The notes beneath the pieces were generated by a model that made no database searches, was not told the DNA's origin, and saw only the letters and a program-made list of their open reading frames with translations. A stretch of 53,694 nt of DNA, from the IMG/VR virus record IMGVR_UViG_3300027736_000062, positions 1 through 53,694 of that record; one strand, written 5' to 3'. The first letter of the stretch is position 1. Each line of letters starts with the position of its first letter. This DNA is from a virus (lineage: Duplodnaviria > Caudoviricetes). The position numbers and the translations under genes were made by a program. Positions 1-8,996 of this stretch are shown piece after piece.

Positions 1-153
1 CGCACCAGCCGTGGTGATCACCATCAGGCCGTTGGCGCTCAGGTTGGCCAGATTCAGGACTTGGCCAGCTAGAGTGATTGTAGGGTCGCCAGAAACGCCG
101 CTTCCATTGGAAATTGACAGGCCCACGCCAGAAACGGCGATGGAACGGCCTGT
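1..153. repeat. Terminal overlap (circular assembly junction), copy 1
   Basis: Matches 53542-53694 except at positions 1 and 27; an ORF reads through the junction. Confidence 0.95.
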
Positions 154-474
154 AATGGCCGTAGAAGACGTTTTTACCTGAAACCCAGTACCAGAGTTCA
201 CCAGCGACAAAAGAGCGCCTGTGGTCGTTATATTGAAGACGCCCTGAGCGCCGCCGTCAGTGATTGTCAAGCCATTGGTCGCGCCAACGTAGCGGCTGTT
301 AGCTAACTGAGGCGTCTGGGTGACGGTCAGGTAGGTGTAGGGCTGCGACGGAGATGCGGAGATCGCCGCCGTGGTCGTCTGCACCGTGACGCCATTTTGG
401 ACAATAGGAACCGCCTCAGTGCCTGTGATAGCACCAGCGGCTGGCAGTTGGAGTATGGTTACTTGTGCGGACAT
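1..474 (-). CDS. 5' part of tail fibre/structural gene that continues across the junction into 51733-53694 (about 760 aa in total)
   Basis: ATG at 474 overlaps the upstream stop (TAATG); open frame MSAQVTILQLPAAGAITGTEAVPIVQNG... is in frame with the 644-aa ORF at the other end. Confidence 0.85.
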   Translation of the reverse strand, partial: MSAQVTILQLPAAGAITGTEAVPIVQNGVTVQTTTAAISASPSQPYTYLTVTQTPQLANSRYVGATNGLTITDGGAQGVFNITTTGALLSLVNSGTGFQVKTSSTAITGRSIAVSGVGLSISNGSGVSGDPTITLAGQVLNLANLSANGLMVITTAGA

Positions 475-836
475 TATGTGCTCGTATTGTCTGGTGGGTT
501 CGGTGCAATAGTGTCCTTGTTTCCAGTCGAGGTTGGCGTCTGGGTATTACCCTCGGTCGAGATCTGGAACACGTTGGTTTCACCACCCGTGACCAAATAG
601 TTGTCGCCAGCGTTGAGTGGGAGGTCAGGACGTGGAAACCGAATCGTTATCCTTTCGGTTTTACGAGCAGGCAAACGATAGGGGTCGAGCTGATCTGCAC
701 AGCCTTCGTTGCACACGCGGAGGCCGGGGAAGTTTGGATCATTGCGCATCACGGCGTGCGGGCGCTTCATCTTGCAGCGGTCGCATATCGCAATTGCAAT
801 GTCAGAGTAGCCTTCAGTGTCCAGAAAGATGGCCAT
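474..836 (-). CDS. Small Cys-rich (CxxC...CxxxC) late protein
   Basis: Tightly packed in the late operon; CDRC and CNEGC motifs. Confidence 0.75.
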   Translation of the reverse strand: MAIFLDTEGYSDIAIAICDRCKMKRPHAVMRNDPNFPGLRVCNEGCADQLDPYRLPARKTERITIRFPRPDLPLNAGDNYLVTGGETNVFQISTEGNTQTPTSTGNKDTIAPNPPDNTST

Positions 837-839
837 CGG

Positions 840-1901
840 TCACCTCGTGTAGACGGAAATGTTGGGCGCAAAGTAGATGGGCGACTTGTCGCGCTCTTCC
901 TCTTCAGCCATGGCAAGGTACTTGTCAGCTTGGCCCTCGAGGTACTGAATACGCGTGGCGTCCACCCCGGGCAGCTCCATGGCCATCCTGTGGGACAGCA
1001 TCATCACCACCGCCTCGTACCAGCGCTGTGGGACCTCCAGCTCTCCGTACAGGTCACCCACGTCCATGATCTGGCGTGAGTACCAAATGGTCATCTGGTA
1101 GAAGGCATTCTGGGGCGTTGGCCAAAGCACGATCTCACTCTGGGGAATCGTGCGATTGAACCAAAACTGGAAAGGCTGGTTGGCCGTGAAGTTCTTGTTA
1201 GGCAGGTTGGTGTAGTCGTCGCGGTTCAGGCGCGACATGGTGATCTCTGTGCTGTTGTTACCGAAATACAACTCGCGCAGGCTCAGGGTGGTCCCGCTGT
1301 AGGCCCGAATGCGGTAGTACGGCACGGTCTGGCCGTTGGCAATGTCGGTCCAGATCCACTCGTTATCAACCACCGTGATAGCCCCAAGATCGACCAAGGT
1401 TGCCCAAGTTACGTTGTCAAGCGAGTATTCGAGGATGAATGATTTAGTGCCGCTGGAGGCAGGCAGGAACCCAATTGAGCCAATAAAAATGGGGTTGGAT
1501 GGGCCAAAGTTGATGGCAAAATTTCCATTTGCAGAGGTTTGAGTGCATACCGTGTCTACATCACCATCGTACAAATTGGCCACTGTGCCGCCCGCGGATG
1601 ATGTGTAGCTGCCGTCAGGGCGGTTCATCCAGCGGTACAGGGCATTGAGCACGTCGTTGCCGCCAAGGGGCAGCAGGTACGTTGCTTTGTCTGCTGTGAA
1701 GCCGTAGACTTTTTTGCTGATAGCCCAATACTGAATGCCAATGTTGATCAAATTGGACAACAGGAAAAACAAAGACTCGCGGGCGCTCAGGACCTGCTCA
1801 GAGGTCAGCTCTTCGGCCAACTTCCCACAGCGACGTGCGCCGTGGTCAATTAACGTTTGCACCGTTACAACGGTCGTACCTGTAGTGCCAGAATATGCCA
1901 T
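840..1901 (-). CDS. Head-tail adaptor-like virion protein with inserted galactose-binding/discoidin-like domain
   Basis: Helical N- and C-terminal adaptor-like segments (LWPTP...LEVPQRW) flank a beta-sandwich with NLYDGDVDT...EYSLDNVTW...YYRIR signature. Confidence 0.55.
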   Translation of the reverse strand: MAYSGTTGTTVVTVQTLIDHGARRCGKLAEELTSEQVLSARESLFFLLSNLINIGIQYWAISKKVYGFTADKATYLLPLGGNDVLNALYRWMNRPDGSYTSSAGGTVANLYDGDVDTVCTQTSANGNFAINFGPSNPIFIGSIGFLPASSGTKSFILEYSLDNVTWATLVDLGAITVVDNEWIWTDIANGQTVPYYRIRAYSGTTLSLRELYFGNNSTEITMSRLNRDDYTNLPNKNFTANQPFQFWFNRTIPQSEIVLWPTPQNAFYQMTIWYSRQIMDVGDLYGELEVPQRWYEAVVMMLSHRMAMELPGVDATRIQYLEGQADKYLAMAEEEERDKSPIYFAPNISVYTR

Positions 1902-1910
1902 CGTTGTTCC

Positions 1911-2165
1911 TTACCAGCCGGGGCAATCCCACCGCTTCAGCGATGCTTTTGCGCGTGGTGCGTCCCCTTTAGAATGCTCGACCACACCAGACATCCGAGC
2001 GCAAAACGAGTCCTTGCGGGGACCCCCTTTGGGTTGGGGCGCTTTTAGGTGCGAACCAGTCTCTCGATTGTACTTGTCGCGACCCTTTTGGGTAAGCCCC
2101 GCGCCTTTGGCAACGGACAATTTTTCACCGCGACCAACAGCAAGATTGACTTTTTTTTTGCTCAT
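1911..2165 (-). CDS. Small basic phage protein (DUF6321-like)
   Basis: RKDSFCARM...SLKRWDC motif; operon packing. Confidence 0.7.
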   Translation of the reverse strand: MSKKKVNLAVGRGEKLSVAKGAGLTQKGRDKYNRETGSHLKAPQPKGGPRKDSFCARMSGVVEHSKGDAPRAKASLKRWDCPGW

Positions 2166-2440
2166 TTTACTTTGGCGGTCTTTGCAGACTGCTTAAAGTC
2201 TTGAGCCGTTGGAGCACCCTTGCTGCCAACTCGGCGCATCTTTTCGCCAGATCCTTCAGCGATTCTTTCACGTTTTGCATTGATATTTTCATACAAGCCG
2301 CCGCCTTTCATTTTCTTTGCCTCATCAGCTTTGGTAAATTCCTTACCAACCTTTTGAGAGATGCCAACCTTCTTAGCGAACGCAGGGTTATGTGCGACCG
2401 CCGTCATCAATTTGTGTTGAGCTGGTGACTTGCTTGGCAT
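2162..2440 (-). CDS. Small basic protein, two short modules joined by MKGGG
   Basis: Lys/Arg-rich ORF, ATGA overlap with neighbour. Confidence 0.75.
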   Translation of the reverse strand: MPSKSPAQHKLMTAVAHNPAFAKKVGISQKVGKEFTKADEAKKMKGGGLYENINAKRERIAEGSGEKMRRVGSKGAPTAQDFKQSAKTAKVK

Positions 2441-2442
2441 GA

Positions 2443-2859
2443 TCAGCCTAAAGGGTTGACGTAGTGTTTGACCATCTCTAGCACCACCGTGTAGGTGTCG
2501 CCAGCGCTTGCATCAAGCGTGGTGAACGTGATAGCCCCGTCAACGCCAGTGCTGGCGTTGTTGGTCAATCCGCCAATTTTGCTGTAGTCTTGCGTGTACG
2601 AGTTGTTCTGTGGGATCGTTTCAATAACCACAGGCGTAGTTGCCTTCCACTTCAACTGCACTTCCATGCCGTGCGTCAACGCAGTGACTTTTGTAATCGT
2701 GACGCGGTCGCAAGCACCGCCAGAACCCGAAGGGGTCAGCGACGCAGGGTTAACCTTGACAACATTGGTCTCACCAGTGCCATCACTGGTGTTTGTAAAT
2801 TTCATAATTGCAACGCGCTCACCATCAAAGAGCGTTTGACTTCCAACTGCATCAGCCAT
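2443..2859 (-). CDS. Virion structural protein (beta-rich, jelly-roll-like)
   Basis: GGAG SD, position downstream of capsid genes, Thr/Gly-rich beta pattern. Confidence 0.65.
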   Translation of the reverse strand: MADAVGSQTLFDGERVAIMKFTNTSDGTGETNVVKVNPASLTPSGSGGACDRVTITKVTALTHGMEVQLKWKATTPVVIETIPQNNSYTQDYSKIGGLTNNASTGVDGAITFTTLDASAGDTYTVVLEMVKHYVNPLG

Positions 2860-2874
2860 AATTTATCTCCAATT

Positions 2875-2898
2875 AAAAGCAGGGGCCGAAGCCCCTAC
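2875..2898 (-). terminator. Rho-independent terminator with UUCG loop
   Basis: Minus strand AGGGGC-TTCG-GCCCCT followed by GCTTTT. Confidence 0.75.
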
Positions 2899-2904
2899 CT
2901 TGTT

Positions 2905-4173
2905 TTAGCAATTCACAGCTCCACCACGCTTTTTAGCGGGTGACACTGTGACTGACTCTTTGGTCTTTGTGACGCTGTCAGTTTTGGGCATCGAGGAGAA
3001 CAGGTCTTTGGCCACGCTCTTCACTTTACCCATCACCTTGCCGGGGAAGCCACGGATCGACTTGGCCATGGCCATATCGTCCTCGTCAGGCCCCATTGCC
3101 TTGTCGTAAGCACCTTTTGAGAGGTCGACAGTGCCGCCCTCCGCAAGCTTCATACGGCTGGCTGGACCATACTTCTCGTTCGTGTCCATTTTGGCGGCAC
3201 GGAACGCAGGAGCATTCTCAGAGGTAGACATTTTCTGCAAGCGACCTTGTGCGGGCGTTACTTTGCCACCAGCCTTGTAAGTACCAGCGAGTTCGTTGAT
3301 TCTTACGGGCTTGGAGGCGGGCTTGCGACCTTGAGGCATCGCGACGGGACGACCTGAATTAACAGTTCCGCCCGCCGCGTAGGCTTTTTTTGTGGAACCG
3401 CCTTTTTTGTACATGGCGTCACCCATCATGCCTTCGCCCATCATGCCGCCGTCCATCATGCCTTTGACCTTGCCGCCTTTTTTGTAGCCGCCGCCGTTTG
3501 ACTTGGCAACACCACCAGTAGCAAAGCCACCGCCATTGCCCAGCTTCACTCCACCAGTTTTGGCGGGTGAATGGTCAGGCTTGGCCGTGTCCATCTTGGT
3601 GTTGCGATATTCGCCGCCTTGGTCTTCGGTGTTGATGATGCCGTCGCCAGCAACCCCACCTTTGGCCATCTTGACGTCACCGCCTTTTTTGTAGCCGCCT
3701 TGGCCATTGACAACGCCGCCAGTGGCCATCTTGCCGCCCTTTTTGAGCTTCAATGAAGTGCCTTTGCCGCCTTTGTGCTCTTGCATGTCGTGCTGCTTGA
3801 AAGCCTTTTTGATCATGGCCTTGTCTTGCGCCATGTCCATCTTGCCGCCTTCAGCCTTGCCGCCTTTTTTCATTGCAGGCATACCCATAGGGGCCTGCAT
3901 TTGAGCAGCGCCGCCGATTGGGCCAGCAGGGCCAGCACCAGCGGGCATGCCCTTCATGGCGCGGCGACGCATAGCCAGCGAAGGCTTCATGGGAGCGCCA
4001 GCCATCGGCATGCCGCCACGGGCAGGCATCGCAGGAGGGATGTCAGCAGCGCTCATGGGCGAACCCATCATGCCACCGTCAGCCTTCTTGGCCACCTTGC
4101 CGCCTTTTTTGAGCTTCAGTTCAACTGAAGGCTCAGTGGTCTCCATTTTGACCATTGGTTTAAATTGACCCAT
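2905..4173 (-). CDS. Low-complexity Met/Lys/Gly-rich protein with many [FYML]xxGG repeats (putative internal head protein)
   Basis: AAGGAG SD before ATG 4173; repeats KKGGKV, MATGG, YKKGG, MAKGG, FATGG, YAAGG, YKAGG, LAEGG. Confidence 0.8.
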   Translation of the reverse strand: MGQFKPMVKMETTEPSVELKLKKGGKVAKKADGGMMGSPMSAADIPPAMPARGGMPMAGAPMKPSLAMRRRAMKGMPAGAGPAGPIGGAAQMQAPMGMPAMKKGGKAEGGKMDMAQDKAMIKKAFKQHDMQEHKGGKGTSLKLKKGGKMATGGVVNGQGGYKKGGDVKMAKGGVAGDGIINTEDQGGEYRNTKMDTAKPDHSPAKTGGVKLGNGGGFATGGVAKSNGGGYKKGGKVKGMMDGGMMGEGMMGDAMYKKGGSTKKAYAAGGTVNSGRPVAMPQGRKPASKPVRINELAGTYKAGGKVTPAQGRLQKMSTSENAPAFRAAKMDTNEKYGPASRMKLAEGGTVDLSKGAYDKAMGPDEDDMAMAKSIRGFPGKVMGKVKSVAKDLFSSMPKTDSVTKTKESVTVSPAKKRGGAVNC

Positions 4174-4183
4174 GTCGTTCTCC

Positions 4184-5161
4184 TTATGCTTGTGTGACGC
4201 CGAGAGCGCCAACACGGGTTGCATTTGGGCCTACCGCAATTGCAGGCAGGGCGATTCCCATTACGAGACGTTTGATACCGTCACAGGCCGATGAGGGCAG
4301 GTAAGTGCCCCTTACGTCACCAGTTGTGGTGGTTGCTGTAGCAGTGGCGGCAACAGTCATAGTGCCAGCATCTTCAGCCAAAGTATTGTCCCAACCAGCG
4401 CGGGTAACGTAACCTCGATCAGTGATGCGCAATGGTGCACCCAAGATGTCGGTTGTACCTACCGCAACAGTTACCACACTTCCGCCAGAAGCAGTGACAC
4501 TAGAGATCTGGTAGAAGGCTTTTTTACCGTTGACAGTTGTTGATGCCACTGTTCCTGTTGCAATTACTTCGCTCATGGCTTGACCGTAGTAGTCGTAGCC
4601 AGAAACAGTAATGTTGACAGAAGTCGGAGTACCAGCACCTGTGGTTGTAGAAACCGCACGAGGGCAGTCAAGCTGCAAGCCTGTTGCGCCGCCTTGAATT
4701 GTGGCGGATGTAACACCAGCACCTGCGGCCAGCGTGAGCGTGGTGGCAGTTGTGATAACAGCGGCAACAATGTTGGTTGTCAACTTAGCCTGTGGTACGG
4801 CGTCCCAAATATAAACACGACCTAAAGGGCCAACACCTACGCTCATTGGGGACGGGTTTTGCAACAAAGCATTACCAGAACCAACGATGGTGGCGCTTGC
4901 TACGGTTTGCGAGGCGCTTACGGTGTAAGTTCCTACACCACCTGTGCCTGTACCAAAAGCGGTAATGTAAGTTCCATTGGTAAGGGACGTTGAGCTGTCA
5001 ATAAACATACCCACAGCAATTGGGTCACCAGAAAGCAAGGCGGTGACGGTCAATGTGGTGGTAGCGATTGAGCCAGTGAAAGTTGAAACAGCAGGGTACT
5101 GGTCCATACCTTGAACGGTAAGGGCGGAACCCAGAAAAAGATCATCTGAAAATTGAGGCAT
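4184..5161 (-). CDS. Capsid-decoration/structural protein with inserted Thr/Gly-rich beta module
   Basis: AAGGAG SD before ATG 5161; immediately downstream of the major capsid gene. Confidence 0.65.
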   Translation of the reverse strand: MPQFSDDLFLGSALTVQGMDQYPAVSTFTGSIATTTLTVTALLSGDPIAVGMFIDSSTSLTNGTYITAFGTGTGGVGTYTVSASQTVASATIVGSGNALLQNPSPMSVGVGPLGRVYIWDAVPQAKLTTNIVAAVITTATTLTLAAGAGVTSATIQGGATGLQLDCPRAVSTTTGAGTPTSVNITVSGYDYYGQAMSEVIATGTVASTTVNGKKAFYQISSVTASGGSVVTVAVGTTDILGAPLRITDRGYVTRAGWDNTLAEDAGTMTVAATATATTTTGDVRGTYLPSSACDGIKRLVMGIALPAIAVGPNATRVGALGVTQA

Positions 5162-5192
5162 GGTCTGCTCCTTGAAAAGTTTGACCAAACAT

Positions 5193-5226
5193 TAAAAAAA
5201 GGGGCGGGTTTTTTACTCCCGCCCCG
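5193..5226 (-). terminator. Rho-independent terminator after the major capsid gene
   Basis: GGGGCGGG...CCCGCCCC stem followed by a T run on the minus strand. Confidence 0.85.
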
Positions 5227-5233
5227 CTTGGCT

Positions 5234-6148
5234 TTACATGCCGGGTGTACCGTACATTGCACGCGGGTCGGTGAACCCGGGGATGTAACGCTCGGTAGCC
5301 TTGTAGCGCATGGAGTCGGTTTCAAAATCGCCTTCCATGGTCTTTTCCAGCTTGCGACGCATCAAGAGCTTCATGCCCTCGGGAGCGTCGGTTTGTACCC
5401 AGAATGCTGTAGGGCTGGTTAAGCGGCTGATAACAGCAGCGCCTTCATCCAACAAGCCAATTGACTTGACAGGGTTCAGGTCGTTGTTTGCTGTACCAGA
5501 GCGCAGGACGCTCTTTAGCAGAACTTCGGCTTGGAAGACGTTGCCGGGGGCCACCACCAATTGGCGGGGCACAAGGCGGATCTTCTTGCCGTTGTTGTCA
5601 ACAGCTTGACGGATCTGGATCAACATCTGTTCCAAAGAAGTCTGGGACAGGTTGGCCGCAGTGGTCAACTGGTTGCTGAAAGTACCGTTCACGATGGGGT
5701 GGGCAGTGTTAATCAAAGACACGCCGTCGCCACCGGGGTAGCTGCTGTTGAACGCACGATTCAAGATGTTCGCGCACAGGGTCTCTTTTGTCTCGATCAG
5801 AGACTGAGCCAAGTGACGAGCATAAACCTGACCGATACGGATGTGGTCGCCGTCTTCAACCAACACTTTGGTCAACGCGAAGGCCAAGCCATACACGTTG
5901 TACACATAGCGTTGCAAGAAGAGCACGCCGCCCTGTTGATAGCTGACAGGAGTACCGTCAGGCAACTGGGGAGCCGCGCCAAAACCGTACAGGACGGGTT
6001 CTTCGTGGTAGTTACGGGGAATACCGTCTTGCTCGCGGAACACACGGCTCCACTCGTCGGTACGTTGGTCATAGACTCCGTCGAAGCATTCGTTGAGGAT
6101 AGGTTCAACAATACTTCTAAAGTCCGTACTGCGCATTGGTGCTGCCAT
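5234..6148 (-). CDS. Major capsid protein (HK97 fold, Mu gpT-like group)
   Basis: 304 aa; PRQLVVAP and EGDFETDSMRYKATERY...DPRAMYG motifs; follows scaffold and precedes a strong terminator. Confidence 0.85.
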   Translation of the reverse strand: MAAPMRSTDFRSIVEPILNECFDGVYDQRTDEWSRVFREQDGIPRNYHEEPVLYGFGAAPQLPDGTPVSYQQGGVLFLQRYVYNVYGLAFALTKVLVEDGDHIRIGQVYARHLAQSLIETKETLCANILNRAFNSSYPGGDGVSLINTAHPIVNGTFSNQLTTAANLSQTSLEQMLIQIRQAVDNNGKKIRLVPRQLVVAPGNVFQAEVLLKSVLRSGTANNDLNPVKSIGLLDEGAAVISRLTSPTAFWVQTDAPEGMKLLMRRKLEKTMEGDFETDSMRYKATERYIPGFTDPRAMYGTPGM

Positions 6149-6159
6149 TTTATTGCTCC

Positions 6160-6732
6160 TTAGATAGCGTTAATGGTAGCAACGTACTGGCTACGGGCGA
6201 CTTGCACCTGAACCACTGTATACGCATCGCCCCAAGCGTTGTCAACGCCGTTATACAAACCAATGATCCGCAGATCACCGACGTTACCCGAACCCACCAG
6301 TGAGGTTGAGATCATGCACTGTGACAAGCCTGTGGTCGTGGAACCAGCAGTAATGCTTGCAAAGTTGGCTTGATCGCCGATTGAGGTTTGCGCTAGGCTA
6401 CCGTTAGCCTGAATGTCGTACACGATATTCGGGTCAGAGTAGTAGTAGGTCACTTCAGAGCCAGTTTGGTAGGCGGTGTTGGCCACCCACTGATTGCTGA
6501 CCAGACGACGGCCCGTAGTATCAGTATACTCATGACCAGCAAAAGCACCTTGGAAGGCGCTGCCAGCAGTAGCAGCAATGATGTTTCCAGACGTATCAAG
6601 GGCCACAGGTTGGCCCTTCAAAATTCCGGTTGAATAACCGGAGGCAATACCGCCAGCGAGCGCCACAGCGCGATCCAGACCCGATGGGTGGAACGAAGGA
6701 CGCAGGCCGAACGGAGCAGAGGTTGCACTCAT
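6160..6732 (-). CDS. Capsid cement/decoration protein
   Basis: APFGLRP N-terminus and GQPV motif; directly upstream of the capsid gene. Confidence 0.6.
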   Translation of the reverse strand: MSATSAPFGLRPSFHPSGLDRAVALAGGIASGYSTGILKGQPVALDTSGNIIAATAGSAFQGAFAGHEYTDTTGRRLVSNQWVANTAYQTGSEVTYYYSDPNIVYDIQANGSLAQTSIGDQANFASITAGSTTTGLSQCMISTSLVGSGNVGDLRIIGLYNGVDNAWGDAYTVVQVQVARSQYVATINAI

Positions 6733-6754
6733 AATTAACTCCTTTGTTAAGTCC

Positions 6755-7297
6755 TCACCCGTGGAATACGGGAGTTTGGACGTTTCGGTTCAAATTGCCA
6801 AAGCCTTCGCCTTCAACACTTCCCAGACTTCTGCCTGAGCTATCGCGGTTTCCTTGAAGCTGCTCAACTTGGACCTGAACTTTGTCAGACTCCTCATTGG
6901 GCGCGTCATGGTGCATTTGAGTCATGACCTCCTGATAAACCTCCATTGGAAGCTTGTACAGGCGCATCTCATTGCACGCGATAAAACCAATGTCTTCGCC
7001 AGCCTTTACGCGGTAATTGTCGAACCCGGGTAACTCATCCGCTCTCACGGGAACATACCCCAGTCGCATCCGCTTATCAATACTGTCGTAGCCGTTGGTG
7101 GTTGATAACCAGCAAAGATGCCATCCCGGAATTTCCGGAACCTTCGGCAGCGCACTTTGTGTCCATTCATCGCTCCACATCTTGCGACGTTCCTGCTTTG
7201 AAATGAACGCCTCTTCTGGGGCAGCGCGTGACAAATCTTGTGAAGATCGGCTTTCACGGCCACCTGCGTTGAGGGTTTTTTTGAGACGAGAATCCAT
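6755..7297 (-). CDS. Conserved head-module protein of unknown function
   Basis: Between scaffold and cement genes; PGWHLCW...RLGYVPV pattern. Confidence 0.7.
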   Translation of the reverse strand: MDSRLKKTLNAGGRESRSSQDLSRAAPEEAFISKQERRKMWSDEWTQSALPKVPEIPGWHLCWLSTTNGYDSIDKRMRLGYVPVRADELPGFDNYRVKAGEDIGFIACNEMRLYKLPMEVYQEVMTQMHHDAPNEESDKVQVQVEQLQGNRDSSGRSLGSVEGEGFGNLNRNVQTPVFHG

Positions 7298-7302
7298 AAT
7301 GT

Positions 7303-8241
7303 TTAGCTCCTTCTGTTGCGTGCTTCAATAGCGTATCGTTTGATCATCTTGTTGCGTTTTTCTGGGTCATCCCAAAAACCTGCATCCTTCATTGCTCGGA
7401 CCTGTTCAGGTTCCAAAACAAATTGGTTGCCATTAACGCGACCAGACGATTCACGACTCGATCCTGTAACCACACTTCGGGGACTCCTTCTGGAAGGCTC
7501 GTCAGTGTTTCTAGTATAACGGTGTGGTAGCCGTTTTTGCAAGCGGTTGTCAAGCTCGTCCCAATAATCTTGGGTGGCAGGGTCCCAGCCCTCGGCAACC
7601 AGACGGTTGTCAATGACCTTGGCGATCTGAGTATCCTCATCTCCAGCCTCTGGGTCATACCAAGAGTTGCGCTCCATCCAGCCGTTGGCCAAGCGAACAA
7701 GCTTTGGATTGGCTGGCGCTGACTCCTGCGAGCTGGCGCGGGAGACCTGCTCCTTGTAGCTGTGCATGGCCTCCAGCTTGCGTCGGCTGTCGTACCAAAG
7801 CTCTTGGGCCTTGGTGAACGCCGAGCCGTCAGAGTTGTCCGTCGCCTCCTGCATTTTCTGCTGGGCGTACCGCAGACGGTACTCCTCGTCCTCCATGGCC
7901 TTGTCGTAACGGGCCATGTCCGCGCCCTGCGTCTTGCGCTCCAAAACGGCAAGGCGGTCCTGCATTTCCTGATTCTGACGACGCAGCAAGATCAGGTTTT
8001 GGTCCTTCTCCTCGTTGGTGCGCTTGATGTAGTCCTTCTTGGCGCGGCGGCGGTTGCGCCTTGCCTCTCGGACTGCATCAGTGTCGTCAGGGTGGTCGAC
8101 ATCACCGTCGTTGTCCTGATGAGTTTCAGACCCGTCACTTGCGTGGTCAGACATATGGTCTGGCAAATCCACCGTGACGGAGCCGTCTTTTTCCTCAACG
8201 ACGTTGAGATCTTCAATCTTTTCTTTGGCTTCAGTGCTCAT
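7303..8241 (-). CDS. Scaffolding protein
   Basis: Acidic N-terminus, coiled coil, W..RN.W motif, basic C-terminal helix; located between portal and capsid. Confidence 0.65.
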   Translation of the reverse strand: MSTEAKEKIEDLNVVEEKDGSVTVDLPDHMSDHASDGSETHQDNDGDVDHPDDTDAVREARRNRRRAKKDYIKRTNEEKDQNLILLRRQNQEMQDRLAVLERKTQGADMARYDKAMEDEEYRLRYAQQKMQEATDNSDGSAFTKAQELWYDSRRKLEAMHSYKEQVSRASSQESAPANPKLVRLANGWMERNSWYDPEAGDEDTQIAKVIDNRLVAEGWDPATQDYWDELDNRLQKRLPHRYTRNTDEPSRRSPRSVVTGSSRESSGRVNGNQFVLEPEQVRAMKDAGFWDDPEKRNKMIKRYAIEARNRRS

Positions 8242-8672
8242 AGGAATGCCCTCACAGCAAGTGGATCACCAGTCAACTTCGCAATCACTTCGTGATCGTT
8301 CAGGACCATAAACAAGGCGCGTTCTTCGTTTTCATCCTCGCCGGGGACGTGAACCTCCCAACGATCGCCACCCCACTTGGGCACGCGGATGTAATCGCCC
8401 TCTGTACACCAAGAGCCTTCAGGCCAGCCCAACATCGTGTCACGATGCTTAAATGCCAGCGGTCCGATCTCGATGACCTTGGCCACCATGTTTTGCCACT
8501 TTTCGGTTTCCTTGGTTTCTTCGACCAAAATAATTCCAGATGCAGTTGTTGTCTTTTTTGTGCGGCGAAGCTGAACTAACAGTCTTCCACCAAGAGGTTT
8601 TGCACCGGGATCTACGCTCGGAAATGCCCAAGCCATCTCAGCTTCGTTAGAAGCTACCGGGTTGTTACTCAT
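8238..8672 (-). CDS. groES: GroES-like co-chaperonin
   Basis: KPLGGRLLV...TASGIIL...KVIEIGP...GDYI...LNDHEVIA matches the Cpn10 pattern. Confidence 0.8.
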   Translation of the reverse strand: MSNNPVASNEAEMAWAFPSVDPGAKPLGGRLLVQLRRTKKTTTASGIILVEETKETEKWQNMVAKVIEIGPLAFKHRDTMLGWPEGSWCTEGDYIRVPKWGGDRWEVHVPGEDENEERALFMVLNDHEVIAKLTGDPLAVRAFL

Positions 8673-8847
8673 TCTCATCTTCCTTCATCAGGTTGTTTAG
8701 GATTTCGAGGGCCTCTTGCAGGCCCGCGTTGTGACCGACCAGTCGAACGTAAGACTCCCAGTTCGTCGCATTACCAGCAACGAGGGACGCGGCTATTTCA
8801 GCCTGCCTAGCCTTAATTCCACCAATCAGATCCGAGAGGGTTCTCAT
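8665..8847 (-). CDS. Small helical head-module protein
   Basis: Overlapping packing; W..Y...VG...GL motif. Confidence 0.7.
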   Translation of the reverse strand: MRTLSDLIGGIKARQAEIAASLVAGNATNWESYVRLVGHNAGLQEALEILNNLMKEDENE

Positions 8848-8996
8848 TTTTTCTTAGCCTGTGATAAGCCTCCTGACTGTTTGGTTGGGGTTGTGCTGCC
8901 ACCCTTCATGCTCTGGCCGTCGAGCTTTTCGCCCATAGCCATGCGTTTGTGCTGAGGCACATTGATGCTCTTTTGCTCTTGATCACTCGTTGCCAT
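8844..8996 (-). CDS. Small basic protein (50 aa)
   Basis: AAGGAG SD before ATG 8996; ATGA overlap with next gene. Confidence 0.6.
   Translation of the reverse strand: MATSDQEQKSINVPQHKRMAMGEKLDGQSMKGGSTTPTKQSGGLSQAKKK

Noticed and set aside
1-153. Biological direct terminal repeat (T7-like)
   Set aside because: Falls inside a coding sequence far from the terminase/early boundary; better explained as assembly overlap
2905-4173. Mimicry of ribosomal protein L27 N-terminus (KKGGST) / Prp protease site
   Set aside because: Only a short low-complexity match; lacks the upstream LQxF signature and the downstream NGRD
5188-5240. Programmed frameshift/readthrough extending the capsid protein
   Set aside because: Clean TAA followed by a strong terminator; the next gene has its own SD
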